From: a virus
Length of the DNA stretch: 64,000 nt
Virus record (IMG/VR): IMGVR_UViG_3300048687_000087
Location: 1-64,000 of that record
Reading direction: 5' to 3' (one strand)
The translations under genes and the position numbers were made by a program. Shown here one piece after another: positions 45,630-55,041 of this stretch (positions are counted from its first letter, which is position 1; every line of letters begins with the position of its first letter). The notes below the pieces were generated by a model. That model was not told the origin of the DNA and ran no database searches. It saw nothing but the letters and a program-made list of their open reading frames with translations.

Positions 45630-46636
45630 GCTGCTGTCCTCTCTCGGGACGGCGCGAGCGCAGCCTCCCACTGTCGGTTGGTGGCTTGCAGGATCGACCC
45701 AGAGGCTTCGGCGCGGGCAGCCAAACCGATGCGCTGCCGCAGCTCCGGATCGTCGGCGAGCTGCTTCAGCCGTCGACCCCACTCGTGCTCGCGCCGCACC
45801 AGGAACCCGGTCTCCCCATGCCGGATCACCCGCCGGTACGGCTCAATGTCCGAGGCAATCAGCGGAATGCCGAGCATGGATGCCTCGAGGAACTTCGTCG
45901 GGAACTTCGCCCGGTTGAACGCCGTGTCCCGGTACGGAGCCACCCACACGTCGAAGCCGGACACCGCCTGCAGGTACTGGCCGAAGTTCTCCACCCAACC
46001 GAGCGCACCGAGCCGACTGCCCTTCAGCCCGAGGGCGACAGCGGTGCGCGCGTCGATACCGACGAGCTTCACCTCCACCTGACGGCCCGGGTATGCGGCG
46101 ATCCGGTTCAACGCCCGCACCGCCTCCGGGAGCTCGTGGACAGTCGACGCGGTGCCCGCCCAGCCCACCGACAGCGTCTCGGAGGAGTAGTCGCGAGGCT
46201 CGCCCAGATGCTGCGCTGGTAGCCCGTTAGGAACCACGCGAACGTCGTCGTGATGCTCACGCAGAATCCGGGCGAGTGGCTCGGAGCAGCACGTCACCGT
46301 GTCGGCGAGCTGCATGTTGGTGACCAGGCTCCGCAGCATGGCGGCATCCCAGACGCGGTTCGCGGCGACGTTGGTCTCGTCGAGGTGGAAGTAGTCGTCG
46401 TCGAGATCCATAACGAGCCGGATCCCTGCCTCCCGCATCTCCCGCCACGTCGCCGACGGGCCCGGTTTCGCGACACGGCACCCCACGACAACGTTCAGAC
46501 CCTGCTCCCGCCAGTCGTCCGGCAGGCGTGGCCCAGCGCTCGTCTCGTGGCCGAGCCAGTGCAGCGACATCGCAGGTAGCACCCCGCGGTACAGGCCCGA
46601 CCCGGAGCTGTCCGCCGTCCAGAAGTGGACGCGCAT
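45626..46636 (-). CDS. GT-B (GT4-like) glycosyltransferase
   Basis: DLDDD, VVPNG, KFLEASMLGIPLIASD...GETGFLV. Confidence 0.88.
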   Translation of the reverse strand: MRVHFWTADSSGSGLYRGVLPAMSLHWLGHETSAGPRLPDDWREQGLNVVVGCRVAKPGPSATWREMREAGIRLVMDLDDDYFHLDETNVAANRVWDAAMLRSLVTNMQLADTVTCCSEPLARILREHHDDVRVVPNGLPAQHLGEPRDYSSETLSVGWAGTASTVHELPEAVRALNRIAAYPGRQVEVKLVGIDARTAVALGLKGSRLGALGWVENFGQYLQAVSGFDVWVAPYRDTAFNRAKFPTKFLEASMLGIPLIASDIEPYRRVIRHGETGFLVRREHEWGRRLKQLADDPELRQRIGLAARAEASGSILQATNRQWEAALAPSRERTAA

Positions 46637-47586
46637 CAGGCTGCCGCCAGGTAGCCGGGGAGCCACGTCTCGGCGTAGTAGCGGACGGTGTGGTGGATGC
46701 CCTCGTCGAGCGGCACGAAGTCGGCGGCCGTCATGCCGATCTGCTGAAGCGTGGACGTGTCGGCGGACACGACCGCGTTCGGGACTTCGCCAGGCCGCAT
46801 CGGCAGATGCGTCACGGGGACGCGAGGGCGGCTGGTGATGCGGGCGGCTTCGTCGACGACGAGCTGCGCCACCTCATTGATCTCACAGGACTTGAGCGGG
46901 CCAGCCTCGATCGGCCGCTCCGCAGGACCGTGGGCCGTGGTGTGCTCGAGCGCCTGCACGAAGACCTTCGCGACGTCCCCGACGTAGACGCAGTCGGAGA
47001 CCTGCGTGCCATCCCCGTACACTTCGATGGGCGCCCCAGTGAGGGCGCGGCACGTGAACGCGGGCAGCACCTTGCGAACCTTGCTCGTGCCATACGGTGC
47101 GGCGACGGACTGGCCAGGGCCGTAGGCATTGACCGGCCGGACGATGGCGATGCGCCCGCCGCGGTAGGCGTTGAACATGCGGGCATAGTCCTCGGCTGCC
47201 GTCTTGCTGATCGTGTAGGAGCCGGTGCCGTGATCACGCATCCACGCGTTCCCGACTCCCGCGTAGGCGACGGGCAGCCCGTACTGGTCGGCGGCCTCGA
47301 ACACGTTCAAGCTGCCGCGGATGTTGGTCTCCGCACTGGGGCGGGGGTTACCGATCGTCTCCTGCGTGCCGAGCACGGCCGCCAGATGGATGACCCCTTC
47401 GACGTGCGCGGCCAGCTCGACGACTGCGGTCTCGTCACGCACGTCCCCGAGGAAGAACTCCTCGCCGGCAGCCATGGGCGTGTGCGGGTGGCGGTCGAAG
47501 ACGACTACCTCATGCCCGCGGGCGAGGAGTTCGGTACGGACCCATGAGCCGATGAAGCCCTGCCCGCCAGTGACGCCGATCTTCAT
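46636..47586 (-). CDS. NAD-dependent epimerase/dehydratase
   Basis: TGGQGFIG, HLAA, YTISK, NAYGPGQ. Confidence 0.92.
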   Translation of the reverse strand: MKIGVTGGQGFIGSWVRTELLARGHEVVVFDRHPHTPMAAGEEFFLGDVRDETAVVELAAHVEGVIHLAAVLGTQETIGNPRPSAETNIRGSLNVFEAADQYGLPVAYAGVGNAWMRDHGTGSYTISKTAAEDYARMFNAYRGGRIAIVRPVNAYGPGQSVAAPYGTSKVRKVLPAFTCRALTGAPIEVYGDGTQVSDCVYVGDVAKVFVQALEHTTAHGPAERPIEAGPLKSCEINEVAQLVVDEAARITSRPRVPVTHLPMRPGEVPNAVVSADTSTLQQIGMTAADFVPLDEGIHHTVRYYAETWLPGYLAAA

Positions 47587-47783
47587 GACTGCTCCTCGCT
47601 GGTGGTGTCGAGCCAGGGGGTTGCGGACTGCGCGGCACGGGTGACGGCATCCCAGAACTCACGTGCCGCGGGATCGGGTTCGTAGTCGGGCCCGGTCTCG
47701 ATCTGGCCGTCGGGGCGAATGCCGACCGTGAGCTGGCCATCGTCGGCGTACAGAGCGACGACGTACTTGGGCTCGCCGCTCAT
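47583..47783 (-). CDS. Hypothetical protein
   Basis: GGAG RBS, ATGA overlap. Confidence 0.55.
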   Translation of the reverse strand: MSGEPKYVVALYADDGQLTVGIRPDGQIETGPDYEPDPAAREFWDAVTRAAQSATPWLDTTSEEQS

Positions 47784-47887
47784 CGTGAACTCCAGGCCGC
47801 AGGCGTGTAGTCGATGCGCATCTCGGCGGGCTGGGCGAAGACGGTGTAGGCGAACAGCAGGGCGAGCGCTGCCGTGATGACGGTCAT
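47780..47887 (-). CDS. 35-aa hydrophobic peptide
   Basis: AGGAG RBS. Confidence 0.45.
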   Translation of the reverse strand: MTVITAALALLFAYTVFAQPAEMRIDYTPAAWSSR

Positions 47888-48084
47888 GGGCGAGCTCCTG
47901 TGCGGGTGGCGTGTGCGGGTTGGGCGCGGGATCTGAGTGGTGGGGGAGTAGACCCGCACGGCCACACCCCCACCACAGGACCCCTGAGCACTGGAATCCC
48001 AACCCCACGATACCTGCGGTTCGTAGGTTAAGTGCGGGGTTCAGGCTACGATTTGAAGGTATCGCCTGTCATTGAGGAGGCAGT

Positions 48085-48516
48085 ATGGCCACCGTCTGCA
48101 AGTTCTACCGCGGGGAAAGACCCCAACTGATCCCGCCCAACGAGTGGACGCTCGTCACCTACGAGGCCGTCCTCAGCAACGACCGCAAGATGGCTCGCGA
48201 TGCGGCCCTGATCCAGCCGCCGTTCGACGGCGACTTCCTCTGGTTCCGCAACCTCCGCTGGGGCGCCATCGTGCTCCCCGACGGCGACCTCCGCCAGCGG
48301 CAGATCATGTCCCGCTTCATCCGCGACCCGCACGGCATCCGCGACGACACCGGAGCCGACGACCGCACCGCCACACCCGGCCGCTCCTGGCAGACCGTGA
48401 GCTGGGCATTCGCAGGCCAGGCCAACATGCCCGTCGGCGTCGAAGTCTGGCACGACCACCACGAACCGTGGGCCCTCGAACACGCCCAATTCGTCGGCTG
48501 CACCGGCGACTACTAG
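48085..48516 (+). CDS. Hypothetical protein of the lysis region
   Basis: GAGGAGG RBS. Confidence 0.65.
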   Translation: MATVCKFYRGERPQLIPPNEWTLVTYEAVLSNDRKMARDAALIQPPFDGDFLWFRNLRWGAIVLPDGDLRQRQIMSRFIRDPHGIRDDTGADDRTATPGRSWQTVSWAFAGQANMPVGVEVWHDHHEPWALEHAQFVGCTGDY

Positions 48517-48529
48517 AAGAGAGCCCCGC

Positions 48530-49378
48530 ATGGCCACACCGCTCACCGCGGACCGTCTCCTCGCCGCCCTCAAGGCCGAAGGCGTGAAGGTCGCCGAACA
48601 CTCCGGATGGCGAACCCACAACCGCAACAGCGTGGGCACGTGGGGAGGCGTCAACGGCGTCCTCATCCACCACACCGCCGGCAGTAACAGCCTCGGCGTT
48701 GTCTACTCAGGCCGTTCCGACCTGCCCGGCCCGCTCGCTCACACGCACCTCGCCAAGACGGGCACGGCGACCATGGTCGGCAACGGCCGCGCCAACCATG
48801 CCGGCAAAGCCGCCGTCAACGCGTTCAACGCGCTCGTCAACGAGTCCGCCACCCACCCGAAGCCATCCGCCGCATCCGGCACCGTCGACGGCAACGCCCA
48901 CCTGTACGGCATCGAAATCGAGAACCTCGGCAACGGACGCGACCCATACCCCGCCGTGCAATACGACGCCGCCGTCCGCTGGGCCGCTGCGATCTGCCGC
49001 GCACACGGCTGGTCCGCGAACTCGGTCGCCGGCCACAAGGAGACGTCCGTCGAAGGCAAGGTCGACCCGTCCTTCGACATGAACAAGTTCCGCACCGACG
49101 TCGCGGAACGCCTCAAGCACGCCGCCAGCTGGAGCCCCGGCGGCGCCACGACCCCTTCGACGAGCGGAGAACTCGACATGGACGCCAAGGCTGTTCACGA
49201 AGCCGTATGGGGCCGGGACGCGATCCCGTCCCCGACCACCGTGTCCACGCACAAGACCAACACCACGTGGAAGGCGGAAAGCTACCTCCCCGAGATCATC
49301 GACCGCCTGTCCCGCCTCACCGACAAGGTCGACGCACTCACCACGACCGTCGACGAACTCAGCAAGAAGGTGAGCTGA
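48530..49378 (+). CDS. Endolysin, N-acetylmuramoyl-L-alanine amidase (Amidase_2)
   Basis: IHHTAG, GIEIEN, GHKE...KVDP. Confidence 0.9.
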   Translation: MATPLTADRLLAALKAEGVKVAEHSGWRTHNRNSVGTWGGVNGVLIHHTAGSNSLGVVYSGRSDLPGPLAHTHLAKTGTATMVGNGRANHAGKAAVNAFNALVNESATHPKPSAASGTVDGNAHLYGIEIENLGNGRDPYPAVQYDAAVRWAAAICRAHGWSANSVAGHKETSVEGKVDPSFDMNKFRTDVAERLKHAASWSPGGATTPSTSGELDMDAKAVHEAVWGRDAIPSPTTVSTHKTNTTWKAESYLPEIIDRLSRLTDKVDALTTTVDELSKKVS

Positions 49379-49380
49379 CC

Positions 49381-49737
49381 ATGAAGATCTTCGGCCGTGA
49401 GCCTGTCGTCGTCCTCAACACGTTGTCCGCGATCCTCGGCCTGGTCGTGTCGCTCGGCATCACCAGCCTGTCGGCAGCGACCGCGGGCGGCATCGTCGCT
49501 GTCGTCTCCGCGATCCTCGGCGCCATCGCCGCCGCCATGACCCGCCCCGTCGCCCCGCAAGCCTTCACCGCTGTCGTCACTGCGGGCGCCGTCCTCGTCG
49601 GCACGTTCGGCTACGAGGTCTCTCAAGGAACCATCGGCGCCATCAACACGGCCGTCCTCGCGGTCCTGACGCTCCTGACCCGCGCACAGGTCACGCCGTC
49701 GAGCCCGACCGCGCCAGCAACCTCGACGAACGTCTGA
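49381..49737 (+). CDS. Holin
   Basis: MKIFGREP, multiple TMs, RAQVTP. Confidence 0.8.
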   Translation: MKIFGREPVVVLNTLSAILGLVVSLGITSLSAATAGGIVAVVSAILGAIAAAMTRPVAPQAFTAVVTAGAVLVGTFGYEVSQGTIGAINTAVLAVLTLLTRAQVTPSSPTAPATSTNV

Positions 49738-49751
49738 CGTAGGAGCACCAC

Positions 49752-50045
49752 GTGCCCGATGAGCCGACCCTCGGCGAGGTCATCCGACGCTTCGAGGACC
49801 GGTTCACCGACGTCCGAGACGACATCCAAGACCTCGGTAAAAACCTTGAGAAGAAGGTCGACCAGCGGATCTACGACCTGCGGCACGACGCACTCGCCGC
49901 CCGCGTAGCCACGCTGGAGACACTTCGGGAGAAGGATGCCGAACGGATCGTCGCCACCCGCAGGTGGCTGATCGGCGCGGTCATCGTGCCGCTGATCGGC
50001 ATCCTCCTGCCCGTCATCATTCTGTTGCTGGGAGCGGGCTCATGA
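49752..50045 (+). CDS. Membrane protein of the lysis cassette
   Basis: Coiled coil plus C-terminal TM. Confidence 0.7.
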   Translation: MPDEPTLGEVIRRFEDRFTDVRDDIQDLGKNLEKKVDQRIYDLRHDALAARVATLETLREKDAERIVATRRWLIGAVIVPLIGILLPVIILLLGAGS

Positions 50046-50704
50046 CGCGATCAGCGATCCGCACCGAAGAACGCCGCTGGCGCCGCGGCGACCTCCTCGC
50101 CATCTGCGCAGCCATCATCTTCGGTATCGCCATGGCGTGGATCGTCCTGCGTGTACAGGCACTGACCAGCGACCTCCAAACCCAGTACGTGGCCCGCGAT
50201 GCACTCGCCCGTCAGGTGGAACGCCTCGGCGGGCAGCCCGTAGGCGGCCCGCCCGGATCGCGCGGCGAACCGGGCAAGACGGTCCGAGGCCCCCGCGGAG
50301 AGAGCGGCCCCAAGGGCGATACCGGGAAGACCGGTAGCCCCGGCCCGACTGGATCGCCCGGCAAGAACGGTGCGGACGGAGACGCCGGCAACGACGGGGC
50401 GGACGGCGTCGGGGAGAACGGCGAGAGCGGCGCCCCCGGCAATGCTGGCGTCGACGGTCAACAGGGCGCCCAGGGCGAACCAGGGCCCGCAGGACCACAA
50501 GGCGAACCCGGGGCAGCTGGCGCCGATGGCGCCGATGGGAAGGATGGCCGCGACGGGCAAACCTGCCCCGACGGCTACTCACTGCAGGCGCCGGTCGACG
50601 ACCCGGACGCACTCATCTGCCGCCGTGACAGCGCACCCAACGAAGAACCCGACCCCGCGCCTTCCACGGCCGCCCTGGATCCACAACGCCGCCAATACCC
50701 ATAG
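50042..50704 (+). CDS. Membrane-anchored collagen-like (Gly-X-Y) protein
   Basis: TM helix, G-X-Y run, CPDGY...LICRR. Confidence 0.85.
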   Translation: MTRSAIRTEERRWRRGDLLAICAAIIFGIAMAWIVLRVQALTSDLQTQYVARDALARQVERLGGQPVGGPPGSRGEPGKTVRGPRGESGPKGDTGKTGSPGPTGSPGKNGADGDAGNDGADGVGENGESGAPGNAGVDGQQGAQGEPGPAGPQGEPGAAGADGADGKDGRDGQTCPDGYSLQAPVDDPDALICRRDSAPNEEPDPAPSTAALDPQRRQYP

Positions 50705-50764
50705 GGAAGCCCGCAATATGGGGGCACGGTGGTAGGAGGAGGCGGCGTTCCGGCTTGGGTGCGA

Positions 50765-51100
50765 CTAGGGCTCGACGAACGGGGCCGGGCCGAGACCTGC
50801 GAGGCCAACCTCCGTGCTGCCGCTGGTTGCCATGAACCTGCTCTCCCTGCCGTTCGGCATGCGGAGAACCCCTGGAGCGGCGTCGAACAGGTCGATGTTG
50901 CTGGACGGGTCGGTGAGCGTGACGCTGCCCGCCCACGTGCTGTCGCGGTCGGACTCCCGGTTGTCGGTGCGTGTTGGGTCGTACCGCAGCACCAGGGACG
51001 CGGTGACTTCAGCTTCCCGCCCATCCGGGAACAAGACCGTCGCGGGGCCAACGTAGCGGTGCCGGCCGTCGCCGGGATGAAAGGGAGCTCGCTCTGCCAT
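50765..51100 (-). CDS. Hypothetical protein
   Basis: ORF with protein-like composition. Confidence 0.5.
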   Translation of the reverse strand: MAERAPFHPGDGRHRYVGPATVLFPDGREAEVTASLVLRYDPTRTDNRESDRDSTWAGSVTLTDPSSNIDLFDAAPGVLRMPNGRESRFMATSGSTEVGLAGLGPAPFVEP

Positions 51101-51219
51101 GCGCGGAGGCTAGCCCTGAATCTGTTCGAACGGGACCCGGGCAACCGTTCCGAACAACTAGGTAGCGCATAACGTTCCCTGGAGCGCTGCGAGTTGGTGT
51201 TCGGCGCGCGACATCGGGG

Positions 51220-51354
51220 CGTTCATCAATCGGTCGTTACGCGCGATCGGCAGTTGATGAACGTAGGTCTGGCGTAGATGCACCCGAACTCGTTCATCAA
51301 ACGGTTCAACAACAGATAGCGTTCAACTAGGCATCCACACCCCTTAGTTGAATG
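51220..51354. promoter_or_regulatory. res-like site for the resolvase
   Basis: CGTTCA(T/A)C(A/T)A half-sites at 51220, 51291, 51320 and inverted at 51254, 51345. Confidence 0.6.
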
Positions 51355-51363
51355 CGAGGCTGC

Positions 51364-51978
51364 ATGGCTCTGGTCGGGCTCGTCCGAGTTTCAACCGACA
51401 AGCAGAACGTTGACCGCCAGCACGACGCGCTCGACCCGCTCTGCGTCAAGGTCTTCGAGGAGAAGGTGTCCGGCAAGCTGGCCGTCGATGAACGCCCCGG
51501 CCTCAGCGCCGCCCTCGACTACCTTCGCGACGGCGACATGCTCGCCGTCCAGGAAGTCGACCGCCTCGGCCGCGACACACTGACCGGCCTCATGACCATC
51601 GCCGAACTCTTCAAGCGGGACATCGCCGTCAAGGTCCTCGAAGGTGTCGGCGCCGGCGAGCACAAGGAGTCGAACCTTCTCCTCGAACTCGCTCTCGTCC
51701 TGGCTGCGGAACGGCGACGCGACATCGTCCGCAAAACGAACGACGGCCTCGCGGCTGCCCGTGCGCGGGGACGAGTAGGCGGGCGACGCCCCGTAATGAC
51801 GGAGGCGCTGACGATCCAAGCCGTCGCCCTGCAAGCCAAGGGCTTCAGTCTCAAGCAGATCCAGCCGCACCTCCGGATCGCCGAAGGCAAGAACAAGGGG
51901 AAGAACCCCAGCGTCGGCGCCATCTCGCAGGCGCTCCGAGGGCACGACGAAACGTCAGCGGTGGCAAGCGACGACTAA
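51364..51978 (+). CDS. Small serine recombinase (resolvase/invertase)
   Basis: RVSTDKQ...RQ, DRLGR, GRVGGRR, C-terminal HTH. Confidence 0.93.
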   Translation: MALVGLVRVSTDKQNVDRQHDALDPLCVKVFEEKVSGKLAVDERPGLSAALDYLRDGDMLAVQEVDRLGRDTLTGLMTIAELFKRDIAVKVLEGVGAGEHKESNLLLELALVLAAERRRDIVRKTNDGLAAARARGRVGGRRPVMTEALTIQAVALQAKGFSLKQIQPHLRIAEGKNKGKNPSVGAISQALRGHDETSAVASDD

Positions 51979-51985
51979 CCCCGGG

Positions 51986-52405
51986 TCACGGCATCGGCAC
52001 GTGAACGGCTTGCTCCTGACCGTCCCACGTGAAGTGGAGCGTCGTCGGAACGTTGGCCATGGAGGTCACGAGGAACTGGCAAGCCTGACGGGCCTCCAGC
52101 GCGCTACCCAGCGGGTCCTCCCACTGGACACGGCCTTCGTCCTCAGGCGTGAGGGCGATCCCGACCGCTGGCATGCCTCCCTTATTGAACAGGCGGTAGA
52201 CGTGCCGCCCCGCGACTTCGATGACCAACTCCACCTTTGGTTTGGCCTGCTCGACCTGAAACTCCAGCGCGGCAGCTGCTGTGCTCGCAGACTTGATGGC
52301 GGTATCTGCTGACCTTTTGCTGGCGCGCCAGGAGAAGTAGCTGAAACTGGCGGCGACGATGGCGACAGCCACAGCGGCCCAGGCCGGAACCGTTCCCCAC
52401 TCCAT
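51986..52405 (-). CDS. N-terminal TM hypothetical protein
   Basis: MEWGTVPAWAAVAVAIVA. Confidence 0.6.
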   Translation of the reverse strand: MEWGTVPAWAAVAVAIVAASFSYFSWRASKRSADTAIKSASTAAAALEFQVEQAKPKVELVIEVAGRHVYRLFNKGGMPAVGIALTPEDEGRVQWEDPLGSALEARQACQFLVTSMANVPTTLHFTWDGQEQAVHVPMP

Positions 52406-52446
52406 GCCTTTCATGTCCGGACCGTAGCGTCACCGCTGGCTTCTGA

Positions 52447-52659
52447 CTACGCCGCTTCGTAGTGGTGCGCTCGTCCACCCCGCCATTTCACCCAGGCAGG
52501 ATCGTCGAGGAGGGGGTCGGCGTCGGGGAGTCCGGCCCGCCGCAGGAACTCGAGGACGTCCGCGTCGGAGTGCGCCAGCCCGAGGATCTGGCCGCGCACG
52601 GTGACGCGCCGGCCGCCTGTACCGGACGGCGGGTGCACGATGATCGGGGCGCTCGCCAT
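52447..52659 (-). CDS. Conserved Streptomyces hypothetical protein
   Basis: IVHPPSGTGGRRVTVRGQILGLA...FLRRAGL. Confidence 0.65.
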   Translation of the reverse strand: MASAPIIVHPPSGTGGRRVTVRGQILGLAHSDADVLEFLRRAGLPDADPLLDDPAWVKWRGGRAHHYEAA

Positions 52660-52719
52660 ACGTCCAGGGTGCGACGACTGGGCTCGGCTCGCAGGTCGCG
52701 TGTCCGCTTGCCCAGAAAA

Positions 52720-52735
52720 TCGAACACGTGGTCTA
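52720..52735. promoter_or_regulatory. Imperfect actinobacterial SOS (LexA) box
   Basis: TCGAAC-ACGT-GGTCTA versus consensus TCGAAC-N4-GTTCGA. Confidence 0.5.
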
Positions 52736-52773
52736 TTTAAAGAGGTGATCACGACTACTGGGAGGTGGGATCG

Positions 52774-53019
52774 ATGGCCCTCACGTCGCAGAACTGGCAG
52801 CCGACCGAAGTCCGCCAGGAAGCGATCCAGCGCGCACACCGCGAATGGATGGTCGAGTACGGCGAGGAGCCCAGGGTGAGCGACCTCGCCACGAAGGTCG
52901 GCGTCGCCCCCTCCACCATCAGCCTCCAGCTCAAGCGGCTCCGCGCCGCCGGCGTCGACATCCGTACCCGCGGCCCGCGCGCCAGCCGCAAATGCCGACA
53001 CTGTGGCGAGTGGTCGTGA
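52774..53019 (+). CDS. LexA-DNA-binding-domain-like wHTH protein
   Basis: RQEAI...YGEEPRVSDLATKVGVAPSTISLQLKRL...G; C-terminal CRHC. Confidence 0.65.
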   Translation: MALTSQNWQPTEVRQEAIQRAHREWMVEYGEEPRVSDLATKVGVAPSTISLQLKRLRAAGVDIRTRGPRASRKCRHCGEWS

Positions 53020-53204
53020 CCGCACCCGGCAGATACCGGCTCACCCTCACCGTCGACGGCCACGCGATCGCGGACGGCTGGTGGGGCCTGCACGCGACCG
53101 CGGACGGGAGAATGAAGGACTGGATCGGACTCCACGGCCGCGACGGCGCCCGCATCGAACTCGTCGACACCGAAACCGGGGACGTCATCCGAAGCTGGCC
53201 GTAG
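53016..53204 (+). CDS. Hypothetical protein
   Basis: GTGA overlap; GWW...SWP motif. Confidence 0.6.
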   Translation: MTAPGRYRLTLTVDGHAIADGWWGLHATADGRMKDWIGLHGRDGARIELVDTETGDVIRSWP

Positions 53205-53317
53205 CCCGACGTTGTCAGTCCCCGCGGCTACGCTGATCGCATCACATCCGCGTTGCTGGTTGCACGCGAAAGCGCCCCGCCGAGTGGAACCGGCGGGGCG
53301 CACACCTTGGAGGGGCA

Positions 53318-53680
53318 ATGGACGATCTGGTGCAGTGGCTCGGCGAGCAGCTCGACGAGGACGAGCGGATCGCGCGGGCGGTTACGACCGAAGGCGTCTG
53401 GCGGGTGGGGAGTTCTCACGGCGGGGCCACCGTCGAGGGTGAGGGGTGGTCCGTGGCCGGGGCGGATGCTCTGGACGGGGCTCACATCGCCGAGCATGAT
53501 CCGGCGCGGGTGCTGCGCGAGATCGACGCCAAGCGTGATCTGCTCCGCTTCGTCAAGGGTGTCCACGACCACCACGAGACGTTCATTTCGGGTGTCGCCT
53601 CTCGGCTGGAGCAGACGCTCCGCCTGTTCGCTGCGGCCTACGTGGACCGGACCGGCTACCGCGAGGAGTGGCGGCCGTGA
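53318..53680 (+). CDS. DUF6221-family protein
   Basis: LVQWLGEQLDEDE...HDPARVLREIDAKR...YREEWRP. Confidence 0.8.
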   Translation: MDDLVQWLGEQLDEDERIARAVTTEGVWRVGSSHGGATVEGEGWSVAGADALDGAHIAEHDPARVLREIDAKRDLLRFVKGVHDHHETFISGVASRLEQTLRLFAAAYVDRTGYREEWRP

Positions 53681-53767
53681 TCTACCGCCTGTAGCGAGAT
53701 GTCGTCGACGGCTTCTGGGGCGGCCTCGACTACATCCGGTTCTGCCGGTGGATCCCGTAGCCGAGGG

Positions 53768-54031
53768 CTAGGCCGCCTCGGCTTCCGCCCCCGGGTGTCG
53801 CACGATCTTCTTCACAGCCATCTCGAGCGCCTGCGGGATCGTCGTCCGGGCAGCTGTCGCGGCCTCCAGCCACGCTTCCCACAGCGCCTGCCATTCCGCG
53901 TGCTGCTCCTCAGCCCAGCCCTTGTCGCGGGTCGGGGGACCGAATCGTTCCTGCAGCTCCTGCACGCGCCGGTACGCGTCATCGGCAGCCTGCTGTAGCT
54001 GAATCATCTCCGGGGTAGGTGCATCACTCAC
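53768..54031 (-). CDS. Hypothetical protein
   Basis: LEMAVKKIVRHP motif. Confidence 0.6.
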   Translation of the reverse strand: MSDAPTPEMIQLQQAADDAYRRVQELQERFGPPTRDKGWAEEQHAEWQALWEAWLEAATAARTTIPQALEMAVKKIVRHPGAEAEAA

Positions 54032-54040
54032 AGGCGGATA

Positions 54041-54220
54041 TTACGCCGCCTCCACGATCTCCCCACGAACCGCCGCCGCCCACTCCACGATGAGGAGTTC
54101 GTAGCGGGCGCGCTGTTCAGTGGTGAGCCGCATGGCAGGGTGTGGCCACAGCCCACGGATCTCCTCATTTACGACCGCGGCCGAGCGCGCACGGCCCGAG
54201 GCCGGGGGAGTGGGAGGCAT
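54041..54220 (-). CDS. 59-aa hypothetical protein
   Basis: RSAAVVNEEIRGLW...YELLIVEWAAA. Confidence 0.55.
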   Translation of the reverse strand: MPPTPPASGRARSAAVVNEEIRGLWPHPAMRLTTEQRARYELLIVEWAAAVRGEIVEAA

Positions 54221-54283
54221 ACGGAGAACGGTAGTCCGCTACACCGACAGTGATCCATAGGCAGCGAAACCGGCATATGCGAT

Positions 54284-54520
54284 CTACGGCGTTGGCAACT
54301 CCGTGACGAACGTGCCCATGCCGACCTGCATCTCAGCGAGCCCCGCGGCCCGAAGCTCCGTCAGCACCCGCCGCGCGGTCGCCTGCGCGATGCCGAACTC
54401 GTCGACGATCCCGAACACCCCAGGCAGCTTCGACCCGGGCGGATACGTCCCGTCGGCGATCCGCTCCTCGTAGATCACGTACACCTGCCGCCACCGCGGT
54501 ACGTCGGGCTCCCACTTCAT
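54284..54520 (-). CDS. GntR wHTH-only regulator
   Basis: RIADGTYPPGSKLP...EFGIAQATARRV...GMGTFV. Confidence 0.85.
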   Translation of the reverse strand: MKWEPDVPRWRQVYVIYEERIADGTYPPGSKLPGVFGIVDEFGIAQATARRVLTELRAAGLAEMQVGMGTFVTELPTP

Positions 54521-54667
54521 GATCCCGAAGCTAAGCGGACCAACTCATACGGGCGAGGCAAGCCAGTCCAGATGTCCTAGCTACCCTAGCTAGCTACTCT
54601 GGGGCCAATAGAACCCCCGCATCCGCAGGCACGGACCGGGGGCAGGCCGACGGAGTGGAGCGTCGAC

Positions 54668-54853
54668 ATGACCCAGCCTAACCAGCCCCCCGCGATCACC
54701 ACAGACGCCCGCTACTGCTGCCACTGCGGGAAACTCACCCGCGAGCCGATAGTCGTCGCCCGCGCCTTCTCCTCGAGCGGTGCAGGGTCCGCCGTCTACG
54801 CCTGCCCTGACGACGCTCCCCGCTACCGGATCGACGACGGGAGCCAGCCGTGA
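54668..54853 (+). CDS. Small Cys-containing protein
   Basis: GGAG RBS; CCHCG...SGAGSAVYACP. Confidence 0.55.
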   Translation: MTQPNQPPAITTDARYCCHCGKLTREPIVVARAFSSSGAGSAVYACPDDAPRYRIDDGSQP

Positions 54854-55041
54854 AACGGGAGCCCCAGGTCGAGATCACCCACGTGTGCTTCATCCGGAAA
54901 CCCGACGATGTCATCCGCTGTACGCGCCTCCCCGGGCATGACGGCGACCATCACGACTACCTCTCCGGGGTGACCGACATGCGCGGCCGGCGGCCTGGCG
55001 TGTGGTGGCCGCGGCGGCCCGGTGAGACGCAGTTCGACTGA
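54850..55041 (+). CDS. Small Cys/His protein
   Basis: GTGA overlap; CTRLPGHDGDH. Confidence 0.5.
   Translation: MKREPQVEITHVCFIRKPDDVIRCTRLPGHDGDHHDYLSGVTDMRGRRPGVWWPRRPGETQFD

Noticed and set aside
50250-50560. Gly-X-Y repeat tract as a novel repeat system
   Set aside because: Ordinary collagen-like membrane protein common in Streptomyces phage lysis cassettes
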